Source of the DNA: an uncultured Nitrospiraceae bacterium
Lineage (GTDB): Bacteria; Nitrospirota; Nitrospiria; Nitrospirales; Nitrospiraceae
Reading direction: 5' to 3'
NCBI GenBank assembly: GCA_963730935.1
Contig: CAVSTP010000004.1
Location: 1,728,001 to 1,792,000, forward strand
DNA length: 64,000 nt
The position numbers and the translations under genes are program-made. Every line of letters begins with the position of its first letter. Position 1 is the stretch's first letter. Below the pieces are notes generated by a model. The model saw nothing but the letters and a program-made list of their open reading frames with translations, ran no database searches and had not been told where the DNA came from. Below, piece by piece: positions 1 to 10,454 of this stretch.

Positions 1-202
1 TATTCTTTTTCAACGAGTTAGATTCCTATCGCATATCTGCGGAAGAGGCGACTCCAAAAATCGTTACCGAGTTCTGCTCAGATCAGCCAATTATTGTCGC
101 TCCCGTGCAGAGCGAAGCATCGGCATCATGCACGTTCGCCTACGTAGGCCGGGAGACCGACTCGGCCCGAGGGGGCAAGGGCCGGGACACGCTCCAGTCC
201 GG

Positions 203-2677
203 TTAGTTTTGATACAGGAAAGGACGATTGGATACGCTGAGCCGTTTCCGGCTCGACGCGAAAATGAACATGATCATGAGAAGGCCTAGGCCACTGAAAC
301 AGGCACCGAGACGCAACCACGGCGTCTCATAGTGAAAAAGGATTTGCGAGCGTCCGGCAGGAACCACAACTGCCCGCACCAGGCCATTGGCGCGGAAGAT
401 TTCCAGCGCTTCGCCGCCTTCGATGCGAGCCGTCCAACCGGGCTCGAAGGCATCGGCCAATACCAGAACGGCCGCCTCCGACGTCTCAACGGCAATGCGG
501 ACGGTTTCTGGCCGGTACTCGACGATCGTGGCACGGCCTTCCGGCTTCACCACCGGGAGGAGCTTCCCGGCGCTTTCAATTCCGTCCAGTTTCCCGTTCA
601 AGAACTCTTCGCGTTCCAGCAGCGAAGAGATGGGAGTGACCGGCGACAGGAATTCTGGCTGTCGTGATAGATAGGCGCGAGGTGTGGCCGCAACCGGATT
701 GCGTACGAGGGCGAGATCGTACGCCGGGACGGTGGCGACGACCGCACCCGCAAATGTCTCGTTCTGAAAACGCGCCGGCCGTCCGATGAAATAGGCGACG
801 TTGTAGCGGGCAGCAACGCTTAGGCTGCCGTTCCTGCCGATCTGATCGACTCTTGGATTGAGCCCGGCCAAATAGTGCTGAATCGACTCAATGCGGAACA
901 CGGCATTGTGTTCGAGATACAACCCCTGCCGACGAAGGGCCGCAATCCGCTCACGGGAAGTCAGTCCTTTCTCCACCGCTTCAGAAACGTTGGCGGTGCT
1001 GTCCTTGATGCTCAGAATCCGAAAGTTTCCGGGACCGGTGACTTTTGCGTCACTCGCCACTGCAGACACAAGGCCGGGAGTAAACGTCCAGGCCTCGGAG
1101 GACGACGTCTGTACTGCAGGCAGGTTGGCTCGAGCAAGATCGATGGTCAACAACAGCACGAGCGCTGCTCCAGCCCAAGCCGATTCAGAAGGCCGTGTTC
1201 TGAGCCATGCGAGAAGACCCCCCAGGGCGAGTGATCCGGCCGCGGCAAACAACGCCGAATAGCTGATCGACCGGGCGATATGTTGCGCGAGTTCCGAAGG
1301 CACGCCCCATCCCTCGGCAAATATGCGTGGACCTGTCTCGGTGATCAGAATTCCGGCAAGAGCGGCGAACAGTGCGGCGGCCGCACACCAGACGATAGTG
1401 TCGCGACGATCGTCCCGAAGTACGTCTACTCCACTCGCGGCGAGCATCGCCAGCGCAAGGGTGGCCAACCCCATGAACTTTTCGGGATATCTGAAGGCCG
1501 ACCAGAGCGGCATCCACTCGTACAAGAACTCATAGACTCCACCGTAAGATCCCATGGCGAGGACGAGGCTGAACGCGCCCAAAACCATGAACACCCGCAT
1601 GTCGCGACGCCGCCAACAGGCAACCACGGCCAGACCGATCAAGACCGGCCCGAGATACAGGGTTTCCGCCCAGAGGCCTGCCGGCCCGCGCCCCTGTTCC
1701 TGTGTGTGAAAGAGGGCCTGAGCAATCTGATCGCCGCGGCTGCTGTCTCCGATCGGCGACGCCAATAGCGTGACAAGTCGGAGCGGATGCGTGGACCAGT
1801 GGATGGCTTCCGCATGAAAGGAAGAGGCATCGGCCCGATCGCTGTGCTGATATCCTACCCAAGCAGGCGCAAGTTGAATGGCGGCCACCAGCAGGGTCAG
1901 ACTCGCGAGAGCAGCCAGCCGGACACATCCAGCTCGCCATTCCCCATCCGTCCGCATAACCGTCCAGAGAAGCGCCACGAACCCCACATAATAGGCTGTC
2001 TGAATGTCGCCGTTGAGAATGATGCTGGCCCACACCAGCGCTGCCGAGGCCAGCCAGGTCTTCCGGCCGGTTCTACACGTTCGCTCGAGCGCATAGAGGA
2101 ACAGCGGCAGCGCGCAAGCCGAGTACAGATAGAGCAGGTTTTCCGTCAGCGACATCACGTAGCCGGAACAGGAGAATCCGATCGATCCGATCGCGGCGCC
2201 GCTCCGCGAAATTCCCAAGCTGCGCGCCAGAAAGAACATCCCCGCCGCGCCCGTCAGGCAGCAGAGCAGCGTAGCCAACCGATACGCATCCTGCACCGGG
2301 AACAGCCAGTACAGAAGAGTGAAGGGATGGAACACGCCCATCACAGTCAGCGAAATCAGCGGACGGCCGAGGCCCTCGTAAGGAAACCACTGAGGCAGCT
2401 CCCCTTGCGAGAGACGATCGAAGATGTACTGTTTGAGGGGAAGAAAGAGTTGGAAGGCGTCCCGCTTGATCAGGACCAGCCCGGGGAGCCAGAGTTGGGC
2501 GTAGACGAGCAGCACCAGGCCAAGGACCGCAGCCAGCGACAGGCAGTCCGCCCGTGCCAGTGCTGCCAGGGACGATTCCTCTGCGCGCCGCTCGGTCGCG
2601 GACACGGCCGGCGGCACCCACGCTCCCGCCTGGAGGCTTCGTGTCTCGTCTTGCTCGGGCATGACCCCTTGATGCAC
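203..2677 (-). CDS. YfhO-family polytopic membrane protein (probable GT-C glycosyltransferase)
   Basis: 824 aa ORF, many TM helices, 'PQWFPYEGLGRP', 'FRYPEKF' and C-terminal 'VLADAFEPGWTA..IFRANGLVRAVVVPAG' motifs typical of YfhO. Confidence 0.8.
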   Translation of the reverse strand: MHQGVMPEQDETRSLQAGAWVPPAVSATERRAEESSLAALARADCLSLAAVLGLVLLVYAQLWLPGLVLIKRDAFQLFLPLKQYIFDRLSQGELPQWFPYEGLGRPLISLTVMGVFHPFTLLYWLFPVQDAYRLATLLCCLTGAAGMFFLARSLGISRSGAAIGSIGFSCSGYVMSLTENLLYLYSACALPLFLYALERTCRTGRKTWLASAALVWASIILNGDIQTAYYVGFVALLWTVMRTDGEWRAGCVRLAALASLTLLVAAIQLAPAWVGYQHSDRADASSFHAEAIHWSTHPLRLVTLLASPIGDSSRGDQIAQALFHTQEQGRGPAGLWAETLYLGPVLIGLAVVACWRRRDMRVFMVLGAFSLVLAMGSYGGVYEFLYEWMPLWSAFRYPEKFMGLATLALAMLAASGVDVLRDDRRDTIVWCAAAALFAALAGILITETGPRIFAEGWGVPSELAQHIARSISYSALFAAAGSLALGGLLAWLRTRPSESAWAGAALVLLLTIDLARANLPAVQTSSSEAWTFTPGLVSAVASDAKVTGPGNFRILSIKDSTANVSEAVEKGLTSRERIAALRRQGLYLEHNAVFRIESIQHYLAGLNPRVDQIGRNGSLSVAARYNVAYFIGRPARFQNETFAGAVVATVPAYDLALVRNPVAATPRAYLSRQPEFLSPVTPISSLLEREEFLNGKLDGIESAGKLLPVVKPEGRATIVEYRPETVRIAVETSEAAVLVLADAFEPGWTARIEGGEALEIFRANGLVRAVVVPAGRSQILFHYETPWLRLGACFSGLGLLMIMFIFASSRKRLSVSNRPFLYQN

Positions 2678-2744
2678 GGACCCGTCAACGGCTGGAGTCT
2701 AGCAGGATTGCAAGTGATGGCAAGGAAATGACTGGTTCGCTCAG

Positions 2745-4586
2745 CTATTGAGCGATCGGGAGAGAAGGTTTTTGGCCCGCGACTCTGCGCTTCGCCTGCT
2801 GGATCCGCTCTTCCTGGGCTGGATCCCCCATCCCTTGCTCGCGAAAGCGATCCATCAGCTTGAGGTTGGTTGGATCGAGCTCCAACGCATGGAGCCAGGC
2901 TTCCCGCGCGTCGGAAAGGCGTTGCTGCGTCGCGTAGATGTCGCCGAGATGCTCGTAAATGACCGGATCGTCACCGACGAGCGCCGCAGCACGCTTTAAT
3001 TCCACCAGCGCTTCCGTCACCTGGCCCGACTTGAAGAAGGCCCAGCCAAGGCTGTCCACATAGTAGCCGTTCTCTGGCTTGAGGGCGACGGCTTGTTTCG
3101 TGAGAGAGACAGCCTGATCGATCCGGATACCCCGCTCCGCATAGCTGTAGCCGAGATAATTCAGTGCATCGGCGTGGTGCGGATCGAGTTTGATGGCGGT
3201 TTCCATTTCTTGAACCACGTCATCAAACCGGTTCAGCTTGTCGTAGGCGGTTCCCAGATTGAAATGAAGGTCCGCACTCTTCGGATTGTGACGAATCCCT
3301 TCTAGAAAGACTTCCGCCGACTTGTCGTACTGTTCCTGTTGAAGATAGGCGAGTCCTTGCACGATATGGGATTCCGGCTGTTTTGGATTGAGGGCGATGG
3401 CCCGCCCCAGATGCTCGGTCGCTTCGGGGAATTGTTTCAGACGGTAATAGAGCACGCCCAGGTGAAGGTGTCCTTCGAAGAAGGTCGGCTCGAGCTGGAC
3501 GTTGAACGCGTAGGTCTCTAACGCCTTTTGGGTGTCTTTGGACTCTTCATAGATGTAGCCGAGGTAGTCCCGGACTTTCACTTCCGCCGGTCGCACCTTG
3601 AGGATCCCGTTCAGACGATCAATGGCCTGAGCGTATTCCTTCTGCTCACCATGGATGAGGGCCATCCGCAGCTGCGCGTCCAGATCAGACGGATCCTCGG
3701 CAAGGAGGTCTTCCAGTTCTTTTCTCGCGCCCTGGTAATCCTTGGCGTCGACATAGATCCGCACGAGTTGGTGTCGGATTTCCCGGTTACGAGGATTGAC
3801 GTGCTGCAGATATTTCTTCAACACCGCGACAGCCTGGTCCTTCTCGTGTCGGGCCTCATGCATGGAGGCTAGCGCCAAATACGCCGGCTCGAACGCCGAA
3901 TTCACCGTGATGGCGCGCTCGAAGCTCGCCATGGCGTCATCCACTTTGCCCGTTTCCAGCAGGATGCGCCCCAAATGGTAATGCCCGACCGCATTGTCGG
4001 GTGCTCGGGCGATCCCGGCACGCATCGCCTGCTCCGCCTCGGCCGGCCGCTTGAGGTTCAGCAGCAAGAGCCCCTTGGTAAAATACGCCTCGCCGGACTC
4101 GGGGTCCAGCTCGATGGCCCGATCGAGAACGCTCAAAGCCTTATCACTCTTGCCAGCCTGGGCCATAATGCCGGCCATGTGTGTGAGCATTCGAGCATCG
4201 TCAGCCTTTCCATCCGCCACTTCCTCTGCATACCGCAACGCGTTGGGCATGTCCCCGAGCGAGAAATGCAGGGTCGCGAGCCGCGCCTTGACCGACAAGG
4301 CCGTGGGATCGGCTTTCAGCGCCGCCTGATACTCTTTGAGCGCCAGTTCCGAATTCTGTGCGAGTTCCGCTTGATACCCCAACATGAAATGGTAGGCGGC
4401 GGAGGGATCGGCGGGCCTGGTGGCTGACGCCGCAGGCTTGGGCGCTTCCGCAGCTTCGGCCGATTGTGCCAACTTCGTGGTCGGAGGCGAGGCGCAGGCC
4501 AAGAGGACACTCAGGGACACGAGACCGCACAGGCAGCGCACGGACCGTCCATCCACTGCGGTGCCGTACCATCGGTTCCGTGTCAT
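2745..4586 (-). CDS. Tetratricopeptide-repeat lipoprotein
   Basis: Many TPR units; lipobox-like 'VLLAC'; C-terminal 'ALNYLGYSYAERG..DSLGW' signature. Start placed at ATG 4586 (ORF extends to 4631). Confidence 0.8.
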   Translation of the reverse strand: MTRNRWYGTAVDGRSVRCLCGLVSLSVLLACASPPTTKLAQSAEAAEAPKPAASATRPADPSAAYHFMLGYQAELAQNSELALKEYQAALKADPTALSVKARLATLHFSLGDMPNALRYAEEVADGKADDARMLTHMAGIMAQAGKSDKALSVLDRAIELDPESGEAYFTKGLLLLNLKRPAEAEQAMRAGIARAPDNAVGHYHLGRILLETGKVDDAMASFERAITVNSAFEPAYLALASMHEARHEKDQAVAVLKKYLQHVNPRNREIRHQLVRIYVDAKDYQGARKELEDLLAEDPSDLDAQLRMALIHGEQKEYAQAIDRLNGILKVRPAEVKVRDYLGYIYEESKDTQKALETYAFNVQLEPTFFEGHLHLGVLYYRLKQFPEATEHLGRAIALNPKQPESHIVQGLAYLQQEQYDKSAEVFLEGIRHNPKSADLHFNLGTAYDKLNRFDDVVQEMETAIKLDPHHADALNYLGYSYAERGIRIDQAVSLTKQAVALKPENGYYVDSLGWAFFKSGQVTEALVELKRAAALVGDDPVIYEHLGDIYATQQRLSDAREAWLHALELDPTNLKLMDRFREQGMGDPAQEERIQQAKRRVAGQKPSLPIAQ

Positions 4587-4658
4587 AGGACGTACCAGCG
4601 GTAATTCATGAGGTGAGCCGAGAACACTCAACGATTATACGAACCGCTCATGGCAGGG

Positions 4659-6014
4659 TCAAACGACTTCACGATTGTCGAGACTTTCAAACTTGGCGTA
4701 GCGGTCATGGAAGAACAGTTCCTTTTTTCCGATCGGACCGTTGCGATGCTTGCTGACAAGAATATCTGCGATTCCTTTGCGTTCGGAGTTCTGATCGTAG
4801 ACGTCTTCGCGATAGATGAACATCACGACATCGGCGTCCTGCTCGATTGCGCCGCTCTCGCGGAGATCCGCCAGCATCGGGATCGGCGGCTTCCTCGCTT
4901 CAACGGCCCGGCTGAGCTGCGAGAGGGCTACGACCGGCACGTTCAACTCCTTGGCCAACGCCTTGAGCGACCGGGAGATGTCTGAGATCTCCTGTTGGCG
5001 AGACTCGGCATCGCTCCGCCCCTGCATGAGCTGCAAGTAATCCACGATCAGCAAGTCGAGTCCCCGCTCCGCCTTCAACCGACGGGCCTTGCCGCGCATC
5101 TGCTGGACGGTGATGCCGCCCGTATCGTCGATATAAATGGGGGCCTGCTCGAGACGGCCGGCGGCTTCCGCCAGACGCCACCAGTCCTCCTTCTGCAGTT
5201 TGCCAGTGCGGAGCGCATGGGAGTCGACACGCGCTTCAGAGCTGAGCATGCGCAACACGATTTGGGGCTTCGACATTTCGAGACTAAAGATGCCCACCGA
5301 GGTTCCCGCATGGAGCGCCGCATGAGCAGCCATGCCTAGCACGAGGCTTGTCTTACCCATGCTGGGCCGTCCGGCGATCACTACAAGATCGGAGGCTTGA
5401 AGCCCTGCCGTGATGTCGTCGAGGTCGTAGAACCCGGTTGGAACACCCGTCACATGCTCTTTTCTCTTCGAGAGCTTATCGACCAGATCGAGGCTCTCCT
5501 TGATGATGGCATTAATTGGACTGAAGGACCGGTCCAACTTTCCTTGCGCGATGCTGAAGACCGAGCGTTCCGCAAAATCGAGCAACTCATCGATTGGAGC
5601 CGTCCCTTCGTACCCGCGGGTCAGCACCTCCGTCGAGGTGTTCAACAGCTCGCGCAGCAAGGCTTTGTCGCGGATGATCTTGCTGTGGTAACGGATGTTC
5701 GCCGAACTCGGAACGATCTGCACCAACTCCGCCAGATAGGCGGCGCCGCCCACGGCTTCGAGTTCGCCTTGCGCCTTGAGGCGCTCGGTCAGCGTAATGT
5801 GATCGATGACTTCGCCGCTTTCGGAGAGCTCGAGCATCGCGCGGTAAATCTTGCGGTGCGCCGTCCGGTAGAAATTCTCCTCGACGATCAGTTCCATGGC
5901 TTTCGCCATCGCCTGGTTGTCCAACAAGACGGCGCCCAGCACGGACTGTTCCGCCTCCAGGTTCTGCGGCGGGAGACGCGGCTGCGACAGATCGATGCCC
6001 GGCATGGATTTCAT
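4659..6014 (-). CDS. dnaB: Replicative DNA helicase DnaB
   Basis: PPQNLEAEQSVLG N-terminus, Walker A GRPSMGKT, DYLQLM, LSQLSR, DLRESGAIEQDAD. Confidence 0.98.
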   Translation of the reverse strand: MKSMPGIDLSQPRLPPQNLEAEQSVLGAVLLDNQAMAKAMELIVEENFYRTAHRKIYRAMLELSESGEVIDHITLTERLKAQGELEAVGGAAYLAELVQIVPSSANIRYHSKIIRDKALLRELLNTSTEVLTRGYEGTAPIDELLDFAERSVFSIAQGKLDRSFSPINAIIKESLDLVDKLSKRKEHVTGVPTGFYDLDDITAGLQASDLVVIAGRPSMGKTSLVLGMAAHAALHAGTSVGIFSLEMSKPQIVLRMLSSEARVDSHALRTGKLQKEDWWRLAEAAGRLEQAPIYIDDTGGITVQQMRGKARRLKAERGLDLLIVDYLQLMQGRSDAESRQQEISDISRSLKALAKELNVPVVALSQLSRAVEARKPPIPMLADLRESGAIEQDADVVMFIYREDVYDQNSERKGIADILVSKHRNGPIGKKELFFHDRYAKFESLDNREVV

Positions 6015-7414
6015 TTCGAAGGTTCCCGGCGCTGACGGGATCGCCCTGAGGCCAGCAACGCCGCACGCGACACTTTTTTCATGACCGGCCGGTGGGGACG
6101 CCCATTGCGTCGCGCATCCTGAACCCCAACCTTCTCGAAGAGGGCGACATGGTCCTGATCGACTCCCGGCGCCCCCACAACGATTAACGCTTTCGCGCTT
6201 TGCCCCTGTGCAGCCGCGAGCGCGTTCGACATCAACGTCTGCTCGGTTCCTTTGACGAGTAATTGGACCACCCGGCGATGCCCTTTCCGCAGCTTGTTCG
6301 CGAGGTCAATCACCGCCCGTGCGGATCGACGCGGTCCGGCCACCACATAGTCAATCCGCCCCTCTTCCGCGTCGGCCTGAGGCAGTTCCACGGCTCTGAA
6401 GAGATGATCCACATCCAACGCAAAGCCGGTCGAGGGAAGATTCCGGCCAAAGCGGCCGATGAGATGGTCATACCGTCCACCGCCTCCCAGCTCGGCGCCG
6501 ACTCCGGACGCGAACACGTCGAACACGGCGCCGTCGTAGTAATCAAAGCCGCGGAATTCACCGAGATCGAGCAGTAAGGCGTCGCGATGGCCGGCGGCGC
6601 ACAAAAGGTGATAGAGCTGGGAAAGCCGATCGAGCGGCGCCAATAGGGCCGGATCGCCGGCAGCGAGCACGCGACCACGCTCCAAGACCTCTTCCTGCCC
6701 GGTGAGTTCCGGCGCTTCTCGAATGGCCTTGGCCGCCGACTTGGCGATCCGTTCGCCCGCCAGCAGTTCTTCAAGCCGCGGCAGGTCTTTCTTGGCCGCC
6801 GCCTGCTCGGCGCGCTTCTGTCCTTGCGGCGAAAGCCCGGAGCGCATCAGCAATCCCTTGATGAATCCGACGTGCCCGAGTGCAATCGTGAACGACCCCA
6901 GACCGATCGCCTGGAGACATTCAATGAGCAGACTGATGATTTCATAGTCGCCCGACACATCATCCACGCCCACCAGCTCGGCGCCGACTTGAAAGATTTC
7001 CCGTCCGCGTCCGGCGTGCTCCGGTTCATACCGGAACACCGACGTACGATAGGAGAGCCGTTGGGGAAGCGCGTCGCCGGTGAGGCCCATGCCGATCGTC
7101 CGCGCCACCTGGGCCGTGGCGTCCGGACGTAGCAACAGCGTCCGCCCCGTCGTTCGATCGATGAACTGATAGCAGGTTTCCAGCAGCTCTGCCTCGAGTC
7201 CGGGGGCCAGCACGTCGAGGTATTCAAATGTGGGGAGAATGATCTCGTCGTAGCCCCAGTTCGACACCTGCTCGAGTAACTGCGCCTCGAGACGGCGGAC
7301 CTGTTTGGCGGCACGCGGCAGAATCGTCGCCATGCCGACCGGGACGAGCGAGCGTTCACGCGACGAGAGCGCATGGGCCGGCGTAGGGCGCGGCTTCGGA
7401 GGAGCAGTCACCAT
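6011..7414 (-). CDS. hisZ: ATP phosphoribosyltransferase regulatory subunit HisZ
   Basis: HisRS-like fold: LRPDATAQVAR, REIFQVGAEL, DLGEFRGFDYYDG, GGGRYD; stop overlaps the dnaB start (ATGA). Confidence 0.9.
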   Translation of the reverse strand: MVTAPPKPRPTPAHALSSRERSLVPVGMATILPRAAKQVRRLEAQLLEQVSNWGYDEIILPTFEYLDVLAPGLEAELLETCYQFIDRTTGRTLLLRPDATAQVARTIGMGLTGDALPQRLSYRTSVFRYEPEHAGRGREIFQVGAELVGVDDVSGDYEIISLLIECLQAIGLGSFTIALGHVGFIKGLLMRSGLSPQGQKRAEQAAAKKDLPRLEELLAGERIAKSAAKAIREAPELTGQEEVLERGRVLAAGDPALLAPLDRLSQLYHLLCAAGHRDALLLDLGEFRGFDYYDGAVFDVFASGVGAELGGGGRYDHLIGRFGRNLPSTGFALDVDHLFRAVELPQADAEEGRIDYVVAGPRRSARAVIDLANKLRKGHRRVVQLLVKGTEQTLMSNALAAAQGQSAKALIVVGAPGVDQDHVALFEKVGVQDARRNGRPHRPVMKKVSRAALLASGRSRQRREPSK

Positions 7415-7476
7415 GGTGAACCGTTTGGAGCGTGCGATGTTTCGGCGTGGAACATTCAGGCTTGGAACATTCAGCC

Positions 7477-9060
7477 TTAGGACAGAGCAGCGACCTTGAC
7501 CGACACAATGTCTTTACTAGACTTAATGGTGTTCAGCACCTCGCTCGGAAACGTCTGGTCGGAGCCGATGATCAACAAGGCGTTCCCACCGCGTTTCTCA
7601 AGTGCGCACTGCATGCGCACGATGTTGATGTTGTTATCCCCCAATACTTTCCCGACCATCCCGATCACGCCCGGTCGGTCGATATTGTGGATGAACAGCA
7701 TGTGACCTTCCGGCACCATTTCTACCTTGAACTGGTCGATTTCGACGACGCGTGGATCCTTCTTATGGTAGAGCGTGCCGGCGACCAGATGGGATCGCTT
7801 GCCTGCCTCTACCCGGACGCGGATCAGGCTCGTGAAGTCCCCGGCGTCCGTGCTCTTGACCTCTTTGACTTCAATGCCGCGCTCCTTGGCCACGATGGGC
7901 GCATTGACGTAGTTGACCGGCGCTTCCATGATCGGGGTCAGCAGACCCTTCAGCACGGCAATCGTCAGCGGCGCAATGGAAAGGTTGGTCACATCGCCGC
8001 TGTATTCGACCGTCACGCGCTCGAGCCCGCCTTCGCAGAGCTGCGTTTCCAGCTTGCCCAGCTGCTCCGCCAGCGTGAGATACGGCTGCAGTCTCGGCAG
8101 CAGCTCGGGAGAGACCGACGGGATGTTGACCGCGCCGCGCGCGATGCCCTTCGTGAAGTAGTCGACGATCTGCTCGGCGATGCCCACCGCCACGTTCTCC
8201 TGCGCTTCCGTCGTTTGCGCGCCGATGTGCGGCGTGCAAATAAAATTGTCGAGCGACAACAGCGGATTGTCGGCCTTGACCGGTTCTTCCTCGAAAACGT
8301 CGAAGGCGGCCGCGGCGACACGCTTGCTCTTGAGCGCTTCGTGCAGATCCCCTTCGTGAATGATGCCGCCGCGGGCGCAATTCACGATCATGACCCCCGG
8401 CTTCATCGTGCCGATCGACTGGGCGTTGATGAGATTTTTGGTTTCCGGCGTCAGCGGCGTGTGGACGGAAATGATGTCTGCCCGTCGGAACAGCTCGGGG
8501 AGTCCGACCATTTCCACGCCCATCTTTTCGGCCCGCTCGGCCGCCAAATACGGATCGTACGCAATGACGCGCATGCCGACGCCTTGGGCCAATTTGGTCA
8601 GATGACTGCCGATCTGCCCCACTCCGACAATCCCCAGCACTTTGTTGAAGAGCTCGACCCCCATGAACTTGTCTTTTTCCCACTTCCCGGCCTTGACGGA
8701 CGTGGTCGCCTGCGGAATCCGCCGGCTCATGGCGCAGATCATCGACATCGTGTGTTCAGCCGTCGTGACGGTATTGCCGCCCGGCGTATTCATGACGACG
8801 ATGCCCCGGCGCGTCGCGGCCGGCGTATCGACGTTATCCAGGCCCGAGCCGGCACGGCCGACGACCTTCAGCTTCTCCGCGGCGGCGATGAGCTCTGCCG
8901 TGACCTTCGTTCCCGACCGGACGATCAAGCCGTCGGCATCCTTGATTTCCTTGAACAGTTCGTCCTTGGGCATCTTCGATTTCACCACGACGGTGAAGCC
9001 GGCCTGTTCCAGAAGGTCAACGCCCTGTTTCGAGAGACTGTCGCTCACCAGAATCTTCAT
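7477..9060 (-). CDS. serA: D-3-phosphoglycerate dehydrogenase (ASB/ACT type)
   Basis: GRAGSGLDNVD, GxGxxG Rossmann motif, NCARGG, TPHIGAQT, C-terminal ACT 'DRPGVIG'. Confidence 0.96.
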   Translation of the reverse strand: MKILVSDSLSKQGVDLLEQAGFTVVVKSKMPKDELFKEIKDADGLIVRSGTKVTAELIAAAEKLKVVGRAGSGLDNVDTPAATRRGIVVMNTPGGNTVTTAEHTMSMICAMSRRIPQATTSVKAGKWEKDKFMGVELFNKVLGIVGVGQIGSHLTKLAQGVGMRVIAYDPYLAAERAEKMGVEMVGLPELFRRADIISVHTPLTPETKNLINAQSIGTMKPGVMIVNCARGGIIHEGDLHEALKSKRVAAAAFDVFEEEPVKADNPLLSLDNFICTPHIGAQTTEAQENVAVGIAEQIVDYFTKGIARGAVNIPSVSPELLPRLQPYLTLAEQLGKLETQLCEGGLERVTVEYSGDVTNLSIAPLTIAVLKGLLTPIMEAPVNYVNAPIVAKERGIEVKEVKSTDAGDFTSLIRVRVEAGKRSHLVAGTLYHKKDPRVVEIDQFKVEMVPEGHMLFIHNIDRPGVIGMVGKVLGDNNINIVRMQCALEKRGGNALLIIGSDQTFPSEVLNTIKSSKDIVSVKVAALS

Positions 9061-9070
9061 ACGTACCTGC

Positions 9071-10213
9071 CTACTTAACCATCAAGAGTTCTTGTGCCTT
9101 CGCCACGCCGCTGCCGAGTTTGACCGGATGGCCCAACCCTTTCAGCACCATTTCAGTCGCAGCCATGGCCGTAATGACATCGAACCGATCGGCGTAGCCC
9201 ATATGGGACAATCGGAAAATCTTGCCTTTCAAGTGATCCTGTCCTCCGGCCGCCGTAATGCCGTACTGCACCCGTAGGTTCTTGTAGATGGCCTGTCCAT
9301 CGACGCCGTCCGGCGCCGACACGGCGGTCAAGGCATCGCTGGGCGACTCCTTGGGAAACAAAGCAAGGCCCGCGGCCTGCATACCTTCGCGCATCGCTCG
9401 GGCCAATTGCCCCTGGCGCACGAAAATCTTTTCGAGGCCCTCGGCCTTCAGCATCTTGATCACTTCCTGCAATCCGATAATCAGAGACACCGTCGGCGTG
9501 AAGGCCGTCTGATTCTTGACCTGGTTCTCGCGTTCCTTCTTAAAATTGAAATAGAAGGCCGCATTCTTGGCTTTGTCCGCGTGCCCCCACGCCTTCTCGC
9601 TGACGCTGACGAATGCCAGGCCGGGCGGGAGCATCAGAGCTTTTTGCGAGCCGGTGATCACAACGTCGAGGCCCCATGCGTCGGTCTTGATGTCGAACAC
9701 GCCGAGCGCCGTAATGGCATCGACGACCAGAATCGTTTGGTCATGGGCCTTGACCATCTCGCCCAACGCTTTCACGTCGTGCGACACGCCAGTCGAGGTC
9801 TCGCTCGCCTGGACATAGACGGCCTTGATGGCGGGATCTTTCTTCAGTGCGTCGGCCACCAGCTGGGGATTTACCGCGTGGCCCCATTCGACCTTGAGTT
9901 CGGTCACCTGCACGCCGAACGTCTTGCAAATCTTCCCCCAACGTTCTCCGAACTTTCCGCCGTTGATGCACAGGGCCCTATCGCCGGGTGACAGAAAATT
10001 CGACACCGACCCTTCCATGCCGCCGGTGCCGGAAGCCGCCAACATCAATACGTCGTTCCGGGTCTGGAACAACCACTTCAGACCCTCTCGTGCTTCGGCG
10101 AAAATGGGGTCGAACTCGGGAGCTCGATGATGGATCATGGGCCTGGCCATCGCGAGCAGGACTTCTGGCGGGACAGGCGTCGGACCGGGGGCTAGCAGGT
10201 ACCGCTTGAGCAT
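9071..10213 (-). CDS. Class V PLP aminotransferase (alanine-glyoxylate/serine-pyruvate family; possible phosphoserine aminotransferase substitute)
   Basis: LLAPGPTPVP, ETSTG, VDAIT, GSQKALMLPPGL (PLP lysine); directly upstream of serA. Confidence 0.92.
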   Translation of the reverse strand: MLKRYLLAPGPTPVPPEVLLAMARPMIHHRAPEFDPIFAEAREGLKWLFQTRNDVLMLAASGTGGMEGSVSNFLSPGDRALCINGGKFGERWGKICKTFGVQVTELKVEWGHAVNPQLVADALKKDPAIKAVYVQASETSTGVSHDVKALGEMVKAHDQTILVVDAITALGVFDIKTDAWGLDVVITGSQKALMLPPGLAFVSVSEKAWGHADKAKNAAFYFNFKKERENQVKNQTAFTPTVSLIIGLQEVIKMLKAEGLEKIFVRQGQLARAMREGMQAAGLALFPKESPSDALTAVSAPDGVDGQAIYKNLRVQYGITAAGGQDHLKGKIFRLSHMGYADRFDVITAMAATEMVLKGLGHPVKLGSGVAKAQELLMVK

Positions 10214-10454
10214 TGACGGATCCTCCTGGAATGGAAACGCACGAATGGGCTAGGAAGGGGCGACGATACCACTGCCTTCCGAAGAGTGTCAAGGCAACGG
10301 CCGCTCAGTTTTACCGTGATTTTGCGGCGGCATGTGCGCACGAGGGATCGAGCGACGGTCTCATTCGCGCCTGCTGTCTGCTACCAAAGAAGGGCTTCAT
10401 CCCTCGTGCAATTTCTTGACAACTTTCCTAACCATAGATAGTCTAGCGGCACGG

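Noticed and set aside
3..206. Open frame at the window start, possibly the 3' end of a plus-strand gene
   Set aside because: No recognisable motif; it cannot be supported without upstream sequence.
7448..7474. TGGAACATTCAG duplicated between serA and hisZ
   Set aside because: Only two short copies; no function supportable.
7432..9078. 548-aa plus-strand ORF, and similar long antisense ORFs over yfhO, pilT and the histidine kinase
   Set aside because: Shadows of high-GC genes on the opposite strand; no motifs of their own.
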